Source of the DNA: Ascidiella aspersa
Taxonomy: Eukaryota
Direction of reading: 5' to 3'
Length of the DNA stretch: 64,000 bases
Assembly: GCA_963924565.1 (NCBI GenBank)
Contig: OZ004608.1
Coordinates: 1,178,001 to 1,242,000 of the forward strand
Position numbers and translations under genes: made by a program. How positions within the stretch are numbered: position 1 is the stretch's first letter; each line of letters opens with the position of its first letter. This document shows, piece after piece, positions 1 to 12,181 of this stretch. The notes beneath the pieces are model-generated. The model made no database searches. It saw only the letters and a program-made list of their open reading frames with translations, and was not told where the DNA came from.

Positions 1-212
1 GATTTTTTAATATTCCTGTTGAATATTTTCACTGTATAAAATTGTTTTGTTCTCTGTAAATTTTACAAAACTATTTGTGTTTTTACCTAATTGCACCCAA
101 TAAAAATATTAAGCAATGCTTCTTTCTCTTACAAGTCATATTTGCTTGAAGATTTCTATTTAAAATTCAACATGATTTTTTATTTAAACACAAAAAATAA
201 ACATGTAAGTTG

Positions 213-1628
213 CTAAACAACTCTTCCACCAAGATAAATTGCTTTAGGAAAGTCTTTTAAAAGTTGTGGCCACTGAACATAAAATCTGTTTGCAAAAGGA
301 TAAATCAGTCTTCCACTCATAGACATTGAAGTGACGCGACAAATACTTTCAACGTAAACGACATCAACAGAGCAAAGTCCAAAAACCTGGAACAACAAAT
401 AATTGGTTGAACTTGATTATACATTATCACATCTCAATTCATTTGAAAATCTAAACTACACAAACATGGCTGACAATCTTGTTCAAATAACAATGAACAG
501 GTTAAAGTCTACAGAGATGCTTGCAAAATGTACTTTTGTACCACCATGAAACTTTTGTAGATTGAAATGTTGCCACTCAATTTTATTACCTTGTAAAGTA
601 GAGCAACAATGCATATTGGAATACAAGTGCCAGGTCCATTACATAATAAAATATCAGGCTTGGATTTGTAAACCACAATTAATGAAGCAAGACAGGCCAT
701 GAATGTTGTGTAAATCGTGCTCAGCCATGACTGTGCCACCTCTCTACTTCTGCAATTTAAAACATTGTAAGCTTACAGTATCAATCAGTTTGAACACAAA
801 TAACCTTTGTATAATAATTACATACTTTGGAAAATAAGTATAAATTATAAAATATGCATTAAAATTTTACCTGGGTATTTTATAAATACTATAATCAATT
901 TTGTCGTTAAAATGGTTTTCTTCAAATTGTTTAATTTTTTGCAAGCTCATTTGATCACTTGTGGCAACAACATAATGTCTTGGAGAAAACCCATTGGGTA
1001 AACTTTCAAGCAGGCGGATTAGTTCCGAAGTGTGACCACCTAAACATTAAAACAAAACAGAACTTGCTCCATGAAACTACCGCTCTTCCAATGTAACCGA
1101 CTTTTCTGTCAGCAGATACCAGCATTTACCCTGATAAGATCTAAACATTGGGCAATAATGGCTGTATGTTTGCACCAGAAGACCTTTTTTTATTTATTAA
1201 TCAAACAAGTGTAATTTCCTTCATAGGTTACCTTAAATGGAAAACTTATTTGTTTTAATTCCAAGTTATATTTTGCTATTTAGATTAAGATGGGATGATT
1301 AAAACAGTTTAATTTAAGGAACATTTTTTTAAATCTTTATAGTAAAGCGGTATAAGTTATCCAACATATTAATAAAAAGGTTACATAATAACATAAAACA
1401 CTTTTTATCTGGCTAACAATGAAAGTGTAGCTTGTTAGCTAACGTACAATACACAAGAAGTGTGAAAGTTTGTTGAACCTTATAAAGTCAGCACCTACCC
1501 GATCCAGCTATGGCCAGTATACTTCTACGTTGTCGTTTGTTCGTAGCTTTCCGTGATAATGTTAAAAACACGTAAATAGCTCGAGCTATTAGCCCGAAAC
1601 CAACTAACCCTAAAAGACTAAAAAACAT
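213..1628 (-). CDS. ALG14: UDP-N-acetylglucosamine transferase subunit ALG14, 4 exons (1628-1499, 1039-871, 749-590, 386-213)
   Basis: Spliced translation MFFSLLGLVGFGLIARAIYVFL...ILAIAGSGGHTSELIRLL...YKIPRSREVAQSWLST...PDILLCNGPGTCIPIC...VYVESICRVTSMSMSGRLIYPFANRFYVQWPQL. N-terminal hydrophobic segment plus the ALG14 hallmarks GSGGHT, PRSREV.QSW, NGPGTC, YVES.CRV and VQWP. All introns are GT-AG with consistent phases. Confidence 0.95.
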
Positions 1629-1641
1629 GTTTCATTTATCA

Positions 1642-1654
1642 CTACAAAAAAAAA
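1642..1654 (-). promoter_or_regulatory. Unpaired 3' splice acceptor (candidate SL trans-splice site) 13 nt upstream of the ALG14 ATG
   Basis: The minus strand reads T-run-GTAG|TGATAAATGAAAC-ATG. It lies ~100 nt downstream of the AATAAA (1754-1749) that follows the PLA2 stop codon. Confidence 0.55.
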
Positions 1655-1856
1655 TTATGCCACGAATTCCCCTTATGGTAAATTACCTATATACAAATTA
1701 TTTCTAGCTGTTCTGCAGAAACTTTTTTGTTAATAATCTTTAAATACTTTTATTTCCAAAATTAAGCTCATACACGAATACCACAGAACGTTGCTACCAG
1801 AAATAGCGAAATATTTACAACATATATAACTCATAAACAAATTCTACAAAAAGGCA

Positions 1857-2220
1857 TCACAACACTTTTTCTTTCGATTCAAGGAATTTTCGTTTTCTTT
1901 CAGTTGCCCGTTTAATTGCAGATTTAATCACCTGGAAACAAAACAATAGGTTTGCCGTCATTCTATTAAAAGTCCAGCAACTAAAACATTGCTAATAACA
2001 TTCGGTTGCTTTATCGACAAACTTTTGCGATATTAAGTTTTCGCAAATAGCGGTGTCCGAAACGCTGTATTTAATGTGATACCGTTACCCGATATTATTG
2101 GCAAAAATAGGACAAATCCAAAACCAAACAGCGTTATACTGAAACGCCTAATTTATCAGAACGGTAGCGATACCGCCCTATATATAGGGACGTGCAGTCA
2201 GGGGATGCAGGGGGGCACTG

Positions 2221-2259
<39 letters not shown>

Positions 2260-5200
2260 CGATTACCGATACTATAATTAACTCAGGCTCGGGTCCGATT
2301 CGATATTCTCAGGAATCCGCCAGTTACAAACCCAAGTTAAAATAAGCGTTTTTAAACCGTATCCCAGTGTAATAAGCATGCGTGACTAAGCAAGATTGAC
2401 CGATTGTAGACTCACGTGAATGTTACTTGAAACGTTGAAGTACATAAGCTCACGGAGTCGCTCGAAGTCTCTTTCCTGGTAGCAGAGGTTCATCGTCCCA
2501 TAAACCGAGTTCGGGCCGTAAACTGAGAAATCGTTAAAGTTCTTCTCATTTTCTGTGGATTAACAACATTATTGGTGGTTAGTAACTTCTACTTTTACAA
2601 TAATGGGGTGTTGTTGTGACATTGCGCTTGTCGAAACCCCTGCCAAGTAAGTTACTTTGTCCGTCAGGCATGACCACAGTAACAATGTCGTTTCTCCATA
2701 GAGTAATGTGTTACCGGTTTTCCCCGAGGCGTAGTAGTTCGTTTTACCACGAGCGATTATTTTACGTTTTTTGTTGTTTTGGCTTCAGTTTGCCATTTGT
2801 ACAACGGTGGTTACAACTTAAAGAATTTAAAGAAGATTTAGCGGTCATCTCGCACCACCCAACAAATGTATGAAGAAAATAAATTGGCGGTGAATAAATT
2901 TTTTAAGAGGTTTTCTAAGCAGTGTATTTTTATTTAGCCCTTGTATTTTTGTCAGGTTATTTTTATTGGGATTTTTTCCGACACTTATTCCACCAACATT
3001 AAAAATGTGATTTGGTTTACGTGTAACTCACTGAATGCTTCGGCTCTTGGCTTGTAACCTTTGACCTTTCGGAACTTCTTGTTGCAGAGAGTAAACCAGA
3101 GGACGATCGGACACTCGAGGTCGCCCTCCTCCTCCAGAACAAAGCATTCCTTTGGAGGACCTCGAAGGATCTCCTTGAAGTTGAAGTTGGGGAACTTAAG
3201 TCCTTCCTTCCAAGCTCCAGCCGCAGCAGAAACCATTGTCTGTAAAAACATCGTGTTTTAACGCGGGATACGTACGGTATTTAAGCTCTTATTCATCGCT
3301 GAAACGCGTTGTTTAAAACCAATATTGAAACACAGTTGTACATCTAGGGATACAAGAGTCGCTTGGTGTAAAAGCAATGACATTTATGTAATGAATAAAA
3401 GTTGGAGCGGTTAAAATACGACACTTTCAGCAACAAACGCATTCAGGAAATTAGTATGCGAAACTAACTTAAGGAATGTCACAATGTTAAACTGGGTTGT
3501 GTAACAATCAGAAATACTGAGGCTGTTCTTTGAACGTTCAATAATAAATTGTTTTTTTTTCTTGAAAATAACCTTATTATCTTTCTCGATCTCTCAAATA
3601 TTAGTGTAGCACTTCTTACCACAGGCTGGAACTGGTCGTCTGTACGCCACTCTGAGAAGTCGCACACGATGAGCACATTACAACCTCGCTGTGGTCGCAG
3701 AGGGATGTCTACAGCCACGTTGTTGTAACAAGCTGCAATCAACAAACCTAATGTTAAACACCTGGATAAAGTGAATGTGAGCGTATAGGGAATGGTTTTA
3801 TCCCTATTGTTCATAGTGGTAACTAACGTTGAAGTAGGTAAAGGGTGACGTTAAGGTAATTATTGTTTAGTATTTTATAGCCTAAAATTAACACAACATA
3901 ATAGAAGAGTTGGATTTCACTTGTCATTTGCAAACAAAACTATTTTTAGGAGAAATTAGTTTTTGTCCAAGCTTGCAGCTCAAAATAACAAAAAACAAAA
4001 ATAAAACAACGCATTTAAATGTTGTTTTGAGCCACTAGCTGCTTTATGTGCTCTCCCTAACCTGCGTCGACGAGCGAGATTACTTTCCTGTCAACCGACA
4101 TTCCTCGCATCAACTGTTTGCTTCCCCTCTTCATGTAACTAATCAGTTCTTGCTTAGCAGCTGCATAAAAAACGATTAAGCCCTTTAACAATTCATATCT
4201 GTACTTTATTTCAAACTTATTTGAATGTGTGGTCTTATGGGGTTTGATCAGAGATTTTAAAAAGCAAATCATTATTCTCCAACAAACGGTATACTTTAAG
4301 TGATGTAAAGTAAACTTCCATTAATTGGCAAGTAACTAGGTGGGCCCCAAGAACCAAAATGCAATTGAACGACCAAAACTTACAGAATCACAAAAGAAGA
4401 AAAGCCTTCGTTAATTGTAAAACTTAATATAAGCAATCGAGTTGTTTAATTGTTTGTACTCACTGTCAGTATAGTCAGGGACTCCGAACGGGTTTAGTTT
4501 GAAGTTGCGAAGGTTGCTGAGGTTCATTGTGAAGTTGAATATCTTTCCGGTTCTCCCGATCAATCCATCCCTGTCAACCTTCATCGACGTTTTCCTGAAA
4601 CACAAAACCAAAAATATATGGTTTAAACAACTTGTGCGTTTGCCTAATTACTTAACTGAAGATATATTTTGTTATTTTGAATAACATAAACTTATTTACA
4701 TTTACATATTTTAAATAACTGGAACTTTTTCGCACAACCTGAACGCCAACGATTTAATCATATTGTGTGTTAGCTAACTTCATGAAGAGTCTTCGCCGTA
4801 TTGACCTACTTTACCTTGATTTAGTGACTTATCACTTGTTTTGCATCTTGTCACCCACCTGAGGAAGCTCCAGGCAAGCCCAGCCCTGACAAGTTCCGCC
4901 AACGTATGCCCCTGCTCAGCTGTTCCGAACAATCGACTCGGCGCTGACGTCACAAAGGTAAACGCCCGACCTGAAACGAATAAATATAGAAGCTTAAACT
5001 TTCACATTAAATAGTTTTACATGAGAGTGTGTAAGTACTTGAAATTTAATCAAATTACCTCAAACTAAATAATTTTCAACAAAATCCTTGACATGCAATA
5101 AACATGTTTGTGTATTTAATTCAACTGTTAGAACCGGGAGCTTTTTACCCCGGCTTAGCGATTCTTGCGGTTGTTTTTAAATTGATTGGAATAACAAATC

Positions 5201-8200
5201 TTCCAATATGAAAAACGTTTACTGCGAACGCGTTATTGTAACCCACTCAATACTATTAGTGTGTAACACGTATGAGGAAATCGTATAGGTTTTGCGAAAC
5301 AAGTTTCAGATCCAGGTTCGAATCCCGTCCAAGCAAAACTTGAACTGACTCATGATTGACTTTGGAGGAGTGCCGGCTCCCTCCTCATCTCCCTTCTCTC
5401 CCTCCAACGCATCCTTGTACATCTCAAGAGGAGTGAGAGGAGGGGAGCGCTCCGGAGTGGCCAACCTCCCAACACTCCCGAGGTGCAAGTCAGAGAGAGC
5501 GTCCGAGAAGTCCTCCGAGTCGGAAGAAAGATCGGAAGAAAACTGGAAGAGACAAGATGCTGTTTTCACAGGGAAGCTTTCTAACTTAAGTTGTCGGAAC
5601 AAAAGTGAAATCCCAATAATCACTGGCGACGTTTGTCAACGCAAAGTTAACTGATCGATCACGTTGCCGAGATTTTCGATTAGAAATAATTAATAAGATG
5701 TGTTCGTTAAGAATGGTGGGAATGAGAGGGGGAAGTAAGCATTCTGCAAATAAACCTTACTTAACAGAACAGCCATGTTTTGTGTTGATAATTGAAATCA
5801 CATCACTACAAGTTATTTTTCACCATTGCTTAATACAGGACAATTTTTTTGACCTTAGAAATACAAAAATCTCCATGAAAGTTACCTCGAGGCCTTCGTC
5901 TTCTTTCGGTGATTCTGGCAAATTGATCGGCGTCATTGGAGCACTAGATTTTCGTCTTTTTCGCAAAGTATCTGCAAATGTTAAGGTTTGTACGAAAAGT
6001 AAGATATTTAACGTCTGAAAGTACAAGGTTTGTAAACAAGATCTCCAAAGTCTTAAAATATCGAAGGTTTGGTCAGACTTCTCACCCATGTACTTGAGGA
6101 AGTGTTCGTCGACCTCCCCGAAGCCGGGGGTGGCTTGCAGGAGCATGGCCATAGCGGCGCCGGTGACCCCCTGATGGAAGTGTAGGGGGAACTCGGGACA
6201 GCGGCGCACCAGGACCCCAGAGTTCCACATGGAACCAAGGTCCTCTGGACTCATGTTGATCCCAAAACAAGGGAAGGCGATCTCGTAAGGAGAGCATTCC
6301 ATATAAGCTGCAATAAGATGGTGCGTGAGTCGTGATAACATCTCATGTAATAGCATTTCCTTGTGATAGCATTTAATCATGATGAAATTACATAAAACAA
6401 ATCTCATCGTGATAACATTTCATCGTGATAAATTTACGTCACGGTAGCATCTCATGTGGTAAAATTACCTCACGATAGCATCTCATGTGATAACATTTCA
6501 TCATGATAAAGTTACATCACGTTAGCATCTCATGTAACATCATCTCACGGTTATGTTATGTCCTCTTAGTATTATTTCATGTTATTACAACTCACCGTGA
6601 AAGCTGCTCGAAAGGATTGTGTTTTTGACGTGAAGTGACACGAACAATGGGTAAGGAAGCGACGCCTCTTCGATGTATTCCCGCAAGTCGCTCAACTTCC
6701 TGTGCAAGTTCTACCAAATCAATTGAAACATATTTCTAAGAATTCAAGACTGCTTTTGTATGTGAACTTAAACTAGCGGCGACCAATCTACTTCCAAATG
6801 ATGACATGAGGTATATTATTACGGCCCGCGGATATTTACCTGGTGGATTTAAAATACAGTTATATATAGTTTGCGACACTAAAATTTTTGTCATGTTTGG
6901 GAATCAAGTGCATTTAACTATTGGATTTATTTAAATATACTTGCAGCACCTACTTGTTCTCCGAGCAGAGCCAAGCCAAGAGTGTAACCGGCAAAGTCAA
7001 CCAAAGAACTAGGTTGTGAGTATTTGCTCTTGTTCATCTTAATGTACTTCCTAGATAATAATGGTGTGCGAACAGTTATTTAATTTGACCTACAAACAAA
7101 CTTCCCAGGCCTAGCAGCTAATATAAACATAATGAATGGTAGTAAATTGATTTCGTGATTTTTAATTATAACTTACTTATAGTTTGCTGATAAACAATTT
7201 TTTTTATGTTTATTGTGATTTATTTATAATTCATTGCGAATACGTCCCAAATAATACGTAAACCAAGAAAAATAATATTAACTATTTAATGGCTTTTTAG
7301 GTATGAATCGTATGCAACAAATGTACACAAGTAAAGAATTAGCACAAGTACCACATTTTGCAAGTTTGGCGAAATAATTTAGTAGGAGTTTGTTGTTTTT
7401 ATAAAGTTTTGTTTTCTTTACACTTCTGTTAAGTTATCATAATTAAATAAATTAAAAGATAGTTGAAATAAAGGGACTCTGTCGATCCGGACGCCTCACC
7501 AGTAGTCCCTGTAGTGCCACGGATCTACCAACTTCCGATAAAGGTTGGATTTCATGCTGTTTCCCAAGGACGAATGAAGGTCATTTCTCTGGTCTGCTGC
7601 AAAGGAGTGTCGCCCATAGGCAGAAGAAATGTACCTGGAATGATATGGACTAATTTAAACAACTATAGTGAATAAAACACCAAACTAATAGGTTGTTAAA
7701 TCATATTACATTTGCTTAAAATAGATTTTTTATCACTTGCACAGTCATACTGACCAGGCGGACCCGGATAGGCCAGTGATGTAGGACATACAATCTATGA
7801 TCCCTGCATCTTCGAGCGCCTCCACACACCCCATTGTTCCGACCAGAGCTCTGAAACCTCCGCCAGATGTGCACAGCGAGATGATAGGGGTCTGAAGATG
7901 CAAAGCACGATGTTCTAGCGTTCGGTGGAAACGTGCTTGGCAACTCTCACCTCTTTAACAGTTTGCGGGCTTTCTTGCGGGCTGAAGATCTTCTTTAAGT
8001 TCTCAAAAACTGTCGGGATTCGCTTTTTCCTGAATTGTTTTTCTCCTTGACTCAAACCAACTCCGAGACGGAAATCCGGTTTCTCACTAAATTTAAACAA
8101 AGTTCGATAGAATCCTTTCTCGCTTGATTGATAAAATAACTTCGAACTAGTTTGTAAACTAAAGAAACTTACATTGCGGCAAACTTGAATTCAACGTCTA

Positions 8201-9876
8201 TTTGAAAATCCTGTACAAAACATCATTAAAAGTATTTAAACAATTTTTTAGTTTGGTGAAATAAAATCCACAACATTTTCGTTGCGATTATCTAAGGAAT
8301 AGTTTGCATTGGACCGCGTAATGGGACTTAACTAGCCTGAGGCGTCATTTTAAAGATAGGTAAATTAAAAATATGGTAAATATATTATATCGTTGATGGG
8401 GAACTCGTAAAACTTTGGATATGCTAAATCAAACAAATTTTTTCGAACATTTAAATCCAACGTTACTGAATAAATATACTGTTGCTGCCAGGCATAGTTT
8501 CAATTGTGAAACTTGTTCTTCCGGCAAAGTTACTGACCTGATGCTTATCTTTCTTCTGGAGTCTTAGTGTCCGGAAGGTCGCGCAAACCGTTGTGAACTT
8601 TGAGATGTCGACCGAAACTTCGTTGGTGCAAACTCCATCCTTGCAAATCACCATCACCTAAACAAACAACAACAAAGTCCGGTCATATCTTAACCTCCGT
8701 AACATCGTGTACAAAATTATATCAAACTACAACCTTAAGCCAGCGTATTTTGAAGACATTACAAGGTTCAAACCATTGTTAAGAAACATATTGAATAGCC
8801 GCTTCGTATTTTTTAAAAATAGGGAAAGGTTAGATGAGAAAAACAAGGTCAAATGAAGCTGAACCTTAGTTGAAGCGCCCTTAGACACACCCTAGGCCAC
8901 GCCCCTTAATTCCCACACTAAGGTCGCTTTGAATACAAAGATACGATGATGGATAAAGGAAATAAACGAGTTTTGTTAAAACAATTTCAACTAAAATATG
9001 AAAAGTCTGAACATGTTGATTTTATCGGCGGTGCTGGATTCTATAACTCCCTTGAAAAAAATTGTGTAGGTTCGATGTAAGTTTCTGACCTTGCATGGAA
9101 ATTCCTCCCGAAGGTCAACCTCCTCTGTGATCACAAACTTGAACGTCTCGTTCACCTCGCTATTCAACGACAGCTTTGTGACGTAACTATTAAAATCGAG
9201 AAGTTCCGGGCACGTGACCTTCACCTTGACCTTGTCTGAAATAACTTGAGGATTATAAATACACAACCATTATATTGCAGCACATTTAGCAGTTTGGCCG
9301 ATAAAAACAATTCTTTACAAAATTTAAGTTACCAAAAGGCTATAAAAAATTAAAAATTCTATGTTTTGTAACATGGACTACCTTCAACATAACGTTTTAC
9401 AAAAACTGCGCAGCGAGCCTACTGTTAATCTTTTGCTTCAAATGTCAATTTTACCTGTCATTTTGAAGTTTGCTTCGAGTCTACTGCGAAGAATAGTGAC
9501 GTAAAGGACTTTGATTGGTTCGTACTCGATCTAAAAATAAGGTCACCTTAAAGATAAGCATTGTCTCAAAAGGTTGCTGAAATACAAATTTACAAACATC
9601 TTTCAAATCGTTAGTAAAAGATATAAATTAATTTGAGCATTCCTAATAAGAAGAAGTATTTCATCACTTTGTCTAATGCTTTATGCAAAACTAAACTTTT
9701 ATAAAAAAAACGCCATAATTTCGAATAAAAAGGCCTAACTATAATATTCAGCAAAATAACATTCAACTATTAAACTATTATCTTCTTCTATGTAACAAAG
9801 GAGTTATTCAAACCGTTTCGTCGTCAAACTTTTGTTGGAATTCGTCTTCATATTTAACAAACTCGTCAAGCAACAT
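1857..9876 (-). CDS. Cytosolic phospholipase A2 (group IV, PLA2G4-like): divergent C2 domain plus lysophospholipase-type catalytic domain, ~20 exons
   Basis: Exons give KPDFRLGVGLSQGEKQFRKKR, SGGGFRALVG...YITGLSGSAW (Arg and catalytic Ser motifs, ~7890-7754), YMECSPYEI, ISLVDA|A (catalytic Asp, ~4070), PLRPQRGCNVLIVCDFS, PKECFV...CPIVLWF and FERLRELMYFN..NIH|VIKSAIK. Stop TGA at 1859-1857. The first exon (9876-9814) is the least certain part. Confidence 0.92.
2223..2256. repeat. (TA)n microsatellite in the last PLA2 intron
   Basis: Uninterrupted TA run of about 17 units. Confidence 0.95.
6328..6560. repeat. Degenerate short tandem repeat filling a PLA2 intron
   Basis: Recurrent gtgataacat(c/t)tcat, tagcatctcatgt and aattac motifs between the exons at ~6308 and ~6595. 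Confidence 0.7.
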
Positions 9877-11969
9877 TTTCAATATTTACTCCGAACTGCT
9901 TTCCTAACAGACGAGCTTATAATGTAGCCAACACGACTTCGCCGTGCAAAGATTTCCTGGATAAATCGTCACAGCTGCTTTATAACAACAACAACAGCAA
10001 CTTTTAGATGAGCAACTTCACGAAATCGCGTTCCGACTGTGACGTAATCAGGAACATTGTTTGTTCTTCTAGAACTGGTTCATTATGATTCAACATCCGG
10101 AATTAAAATGTGTATGTGTCAGAGAATCTAAATATATATTTTGCAAAGCCCCAGTGTTCCATTTAATTTCACTCTAACATCAACCGAAGACAGTTTAGTG
10201 TTGTTTTACCTATCCACTTTACGCTTAAAACTGTCTCGTGCGAAATCCTGCTAAATACGCATTTAAAAAGCTGCTTAGATGATAAATGAACCACTAATAG
10301 TGGACTTTAGCCGACATTGGAAGTTCTAATTGAACATGAATCTGTGTTACTTTTGTTTAACCAATAAGTTACGTGCCTCGAACGAAACACAGTCACCCAG
10401 ACATCGACCGCTCACCCATGAAAACCCCTTTTGGTGGGTAAAATTGGGCTGGGGGGAGTATTGTTCCACCTAAGGTGCGCAAAACAACACCTGATCATGT
10501 GCGCAGTAATTTTGCTTCTTGGCAATTGCACAATCAGCGATCTCTTAATATTAAGCAATTAAACTGGACAAAGTGAATAAAAGTGAAAAAAAAAAAACGG
10601 AACAAAATGTGTAATTACTTATTTTGATAAATGTTTTAACTAAATATTTTTCACTATTTTCAATAAAGAACATGTAAAAAGCTTGGCAGTAACAACAAAA
10701 TCATCAAGAATATGAGAAATCCCCGGAAAACAGACGCCCTTTTGCGAAAATAGATATCTGAATACGTCAATAGACACCGAGCGGTATGATGACGTCATTC
10801 GTCGTGTTGTGACAAGCGCGATTGCAATAAGGGATCTGCAAAGCGCCATTTAAAGTTGCGGACCTTGTGTTTTAGCGTTGCAGGCGCCATCGACTAAGAG
10901 TGGATGGCACGTTTCGGCGTGTTGTGGGATATAATTAAAATATCGCAAAAAATGGGATTTAGAAGGTCTAAATAAGAAGGAAATGCCCTTATTACTTAAA
11001 AATAAAAAATTATTTTTATTAATGTAATATAATTGTTTAAAAATAGCATTTTTGTTTGTAAAGAATCCGACTCTGAAAATCAAATGTAAATCACTTTACA
11101 TATTAACTTACTTTCTCTGACCTTGACTTTGCTCTGACGCAGTTTTCCCCCAGTTTTTAATGCGGCTCGAATTTAAGTTTTGTGAAGACTTTGCAACCAA
11201 AGACACGGAAAACTAGCATGAAATATGTTAGTTTGTGGGAATTTAGTCAGTTCTTAACAAACAGTTTAAAGTGGTTCAATGGCGTATTACTCCACTGAAC
11301 TATTTGCTAAACTACTTAGCTCCAATAGTTTTCAGTAATCAACTAAAATTAACTTGAACTCATATATGATTTAGTGAAGGAATGGACTTGAATATCGCAA
11401 AAACTGCTTTTAATGCAATAATTCAGCTCATTAAGAAACGAAACCAAATAAATGCGTTTGGTATAATATTTTAGACTAGCGGGGTTGGAACGAACTTGAG
11501 CAAAACGAAAGGTTTCTTGGCAGATTTGAATCGCTCATGTGCAAGCCGTACTCCGAGGACACTGCTCTAAGGTTACGACCCACAAACGTGGAATAACGCG
11601 TCGCTTTTTCTGTCAGGACAGATGACCAGCAGATAATCCCGGTTGCTATGCCAACAGTAACGTCATTTCCTCTTGACTGACAATCGACTTTCCGGTTTTT
11701 ACGTGTTACGTCACAACGAGGTTGTAAGTGTCAATCAACGCGCGATTTGAAAAAAATTACATTTCGGTAAAAACTCACGATGAGTTAAGATCATCGCATC
11801 ATTACAACTGTGTTTTAATTTTGAGTTTTTAGGTAGTTTATCTTTATTTTACGTTTAAACGAAAATTTAAACTGTGTTTTTGAATCCGTTTGAAACAAAT
11901 AAACTTTACAATTGAGTTCGTCTAATCAGGATTGTAGCGCAAGCATGAACAGGATGGAATTCTGTAGTA

Positions 11970-12017
11970 TGCGGTGAGGTCCGAACTCACGACCTCGGCC
12001 ATACCGGGACCGTCGCT
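11970..12017 (-). repeat. Inverted, 5'-truncated second copy of the tRNA-like element
   Basis: Its reverse complement agcgacggtcccggtatggccgaggtcgtgagttcggacctca aligns to 12130-12172 with 4 mismatches. Confidence 0.85.
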
Positions 12018-12107
12018 AAATTAAAGTCTAACGAGTCTGCATCCTGTTCGTACGTACAACTTCGTGTTGGACGGTCAACCGGCCCCAACAGGCACCTGAC
12101 CATCTGA

Positions 12108-12181
12108 GCCTGTGTAGCTGAGTTGGTAGAGCGACGGTCCCGGTTTGACCTAGGTCGTGAGTTCGAACCTCATCACAGGCT
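12108..12181 (+). ncRNA. tRNA-like element (tRNA-derived SINE head or tRNA pseudogene) with A/B boxes and a T5 terminator
   Basis: Acceptor stem GCCTGTG/CACAGGC (7/7). A box TAGCTGAGTTGG. T-arm GTGAG-TTCGAAC-CTCAT. Variable loop AGGTC. Anticodon-like stem GGTC/GACC around a non-canonical loop CCGGTTT. TTTTT at 12183-12187. Confidence 0.7.

Noticed and set aside
2076-2345. 89-aa plus-strand ORF with a YIYIYI tract
   Set aside because: It spans a TA microsatellite and repeat debris inside a PLA2 intron.
12108-12181. Functional tRNA-Thr(GGT)
   Set aside because: It lacks U33 and purine 37, has a D-stem mismatch and an extra base, and GGT-Thr tRNAs are atypical in eukaryotes. Kept as tRNA-like only.
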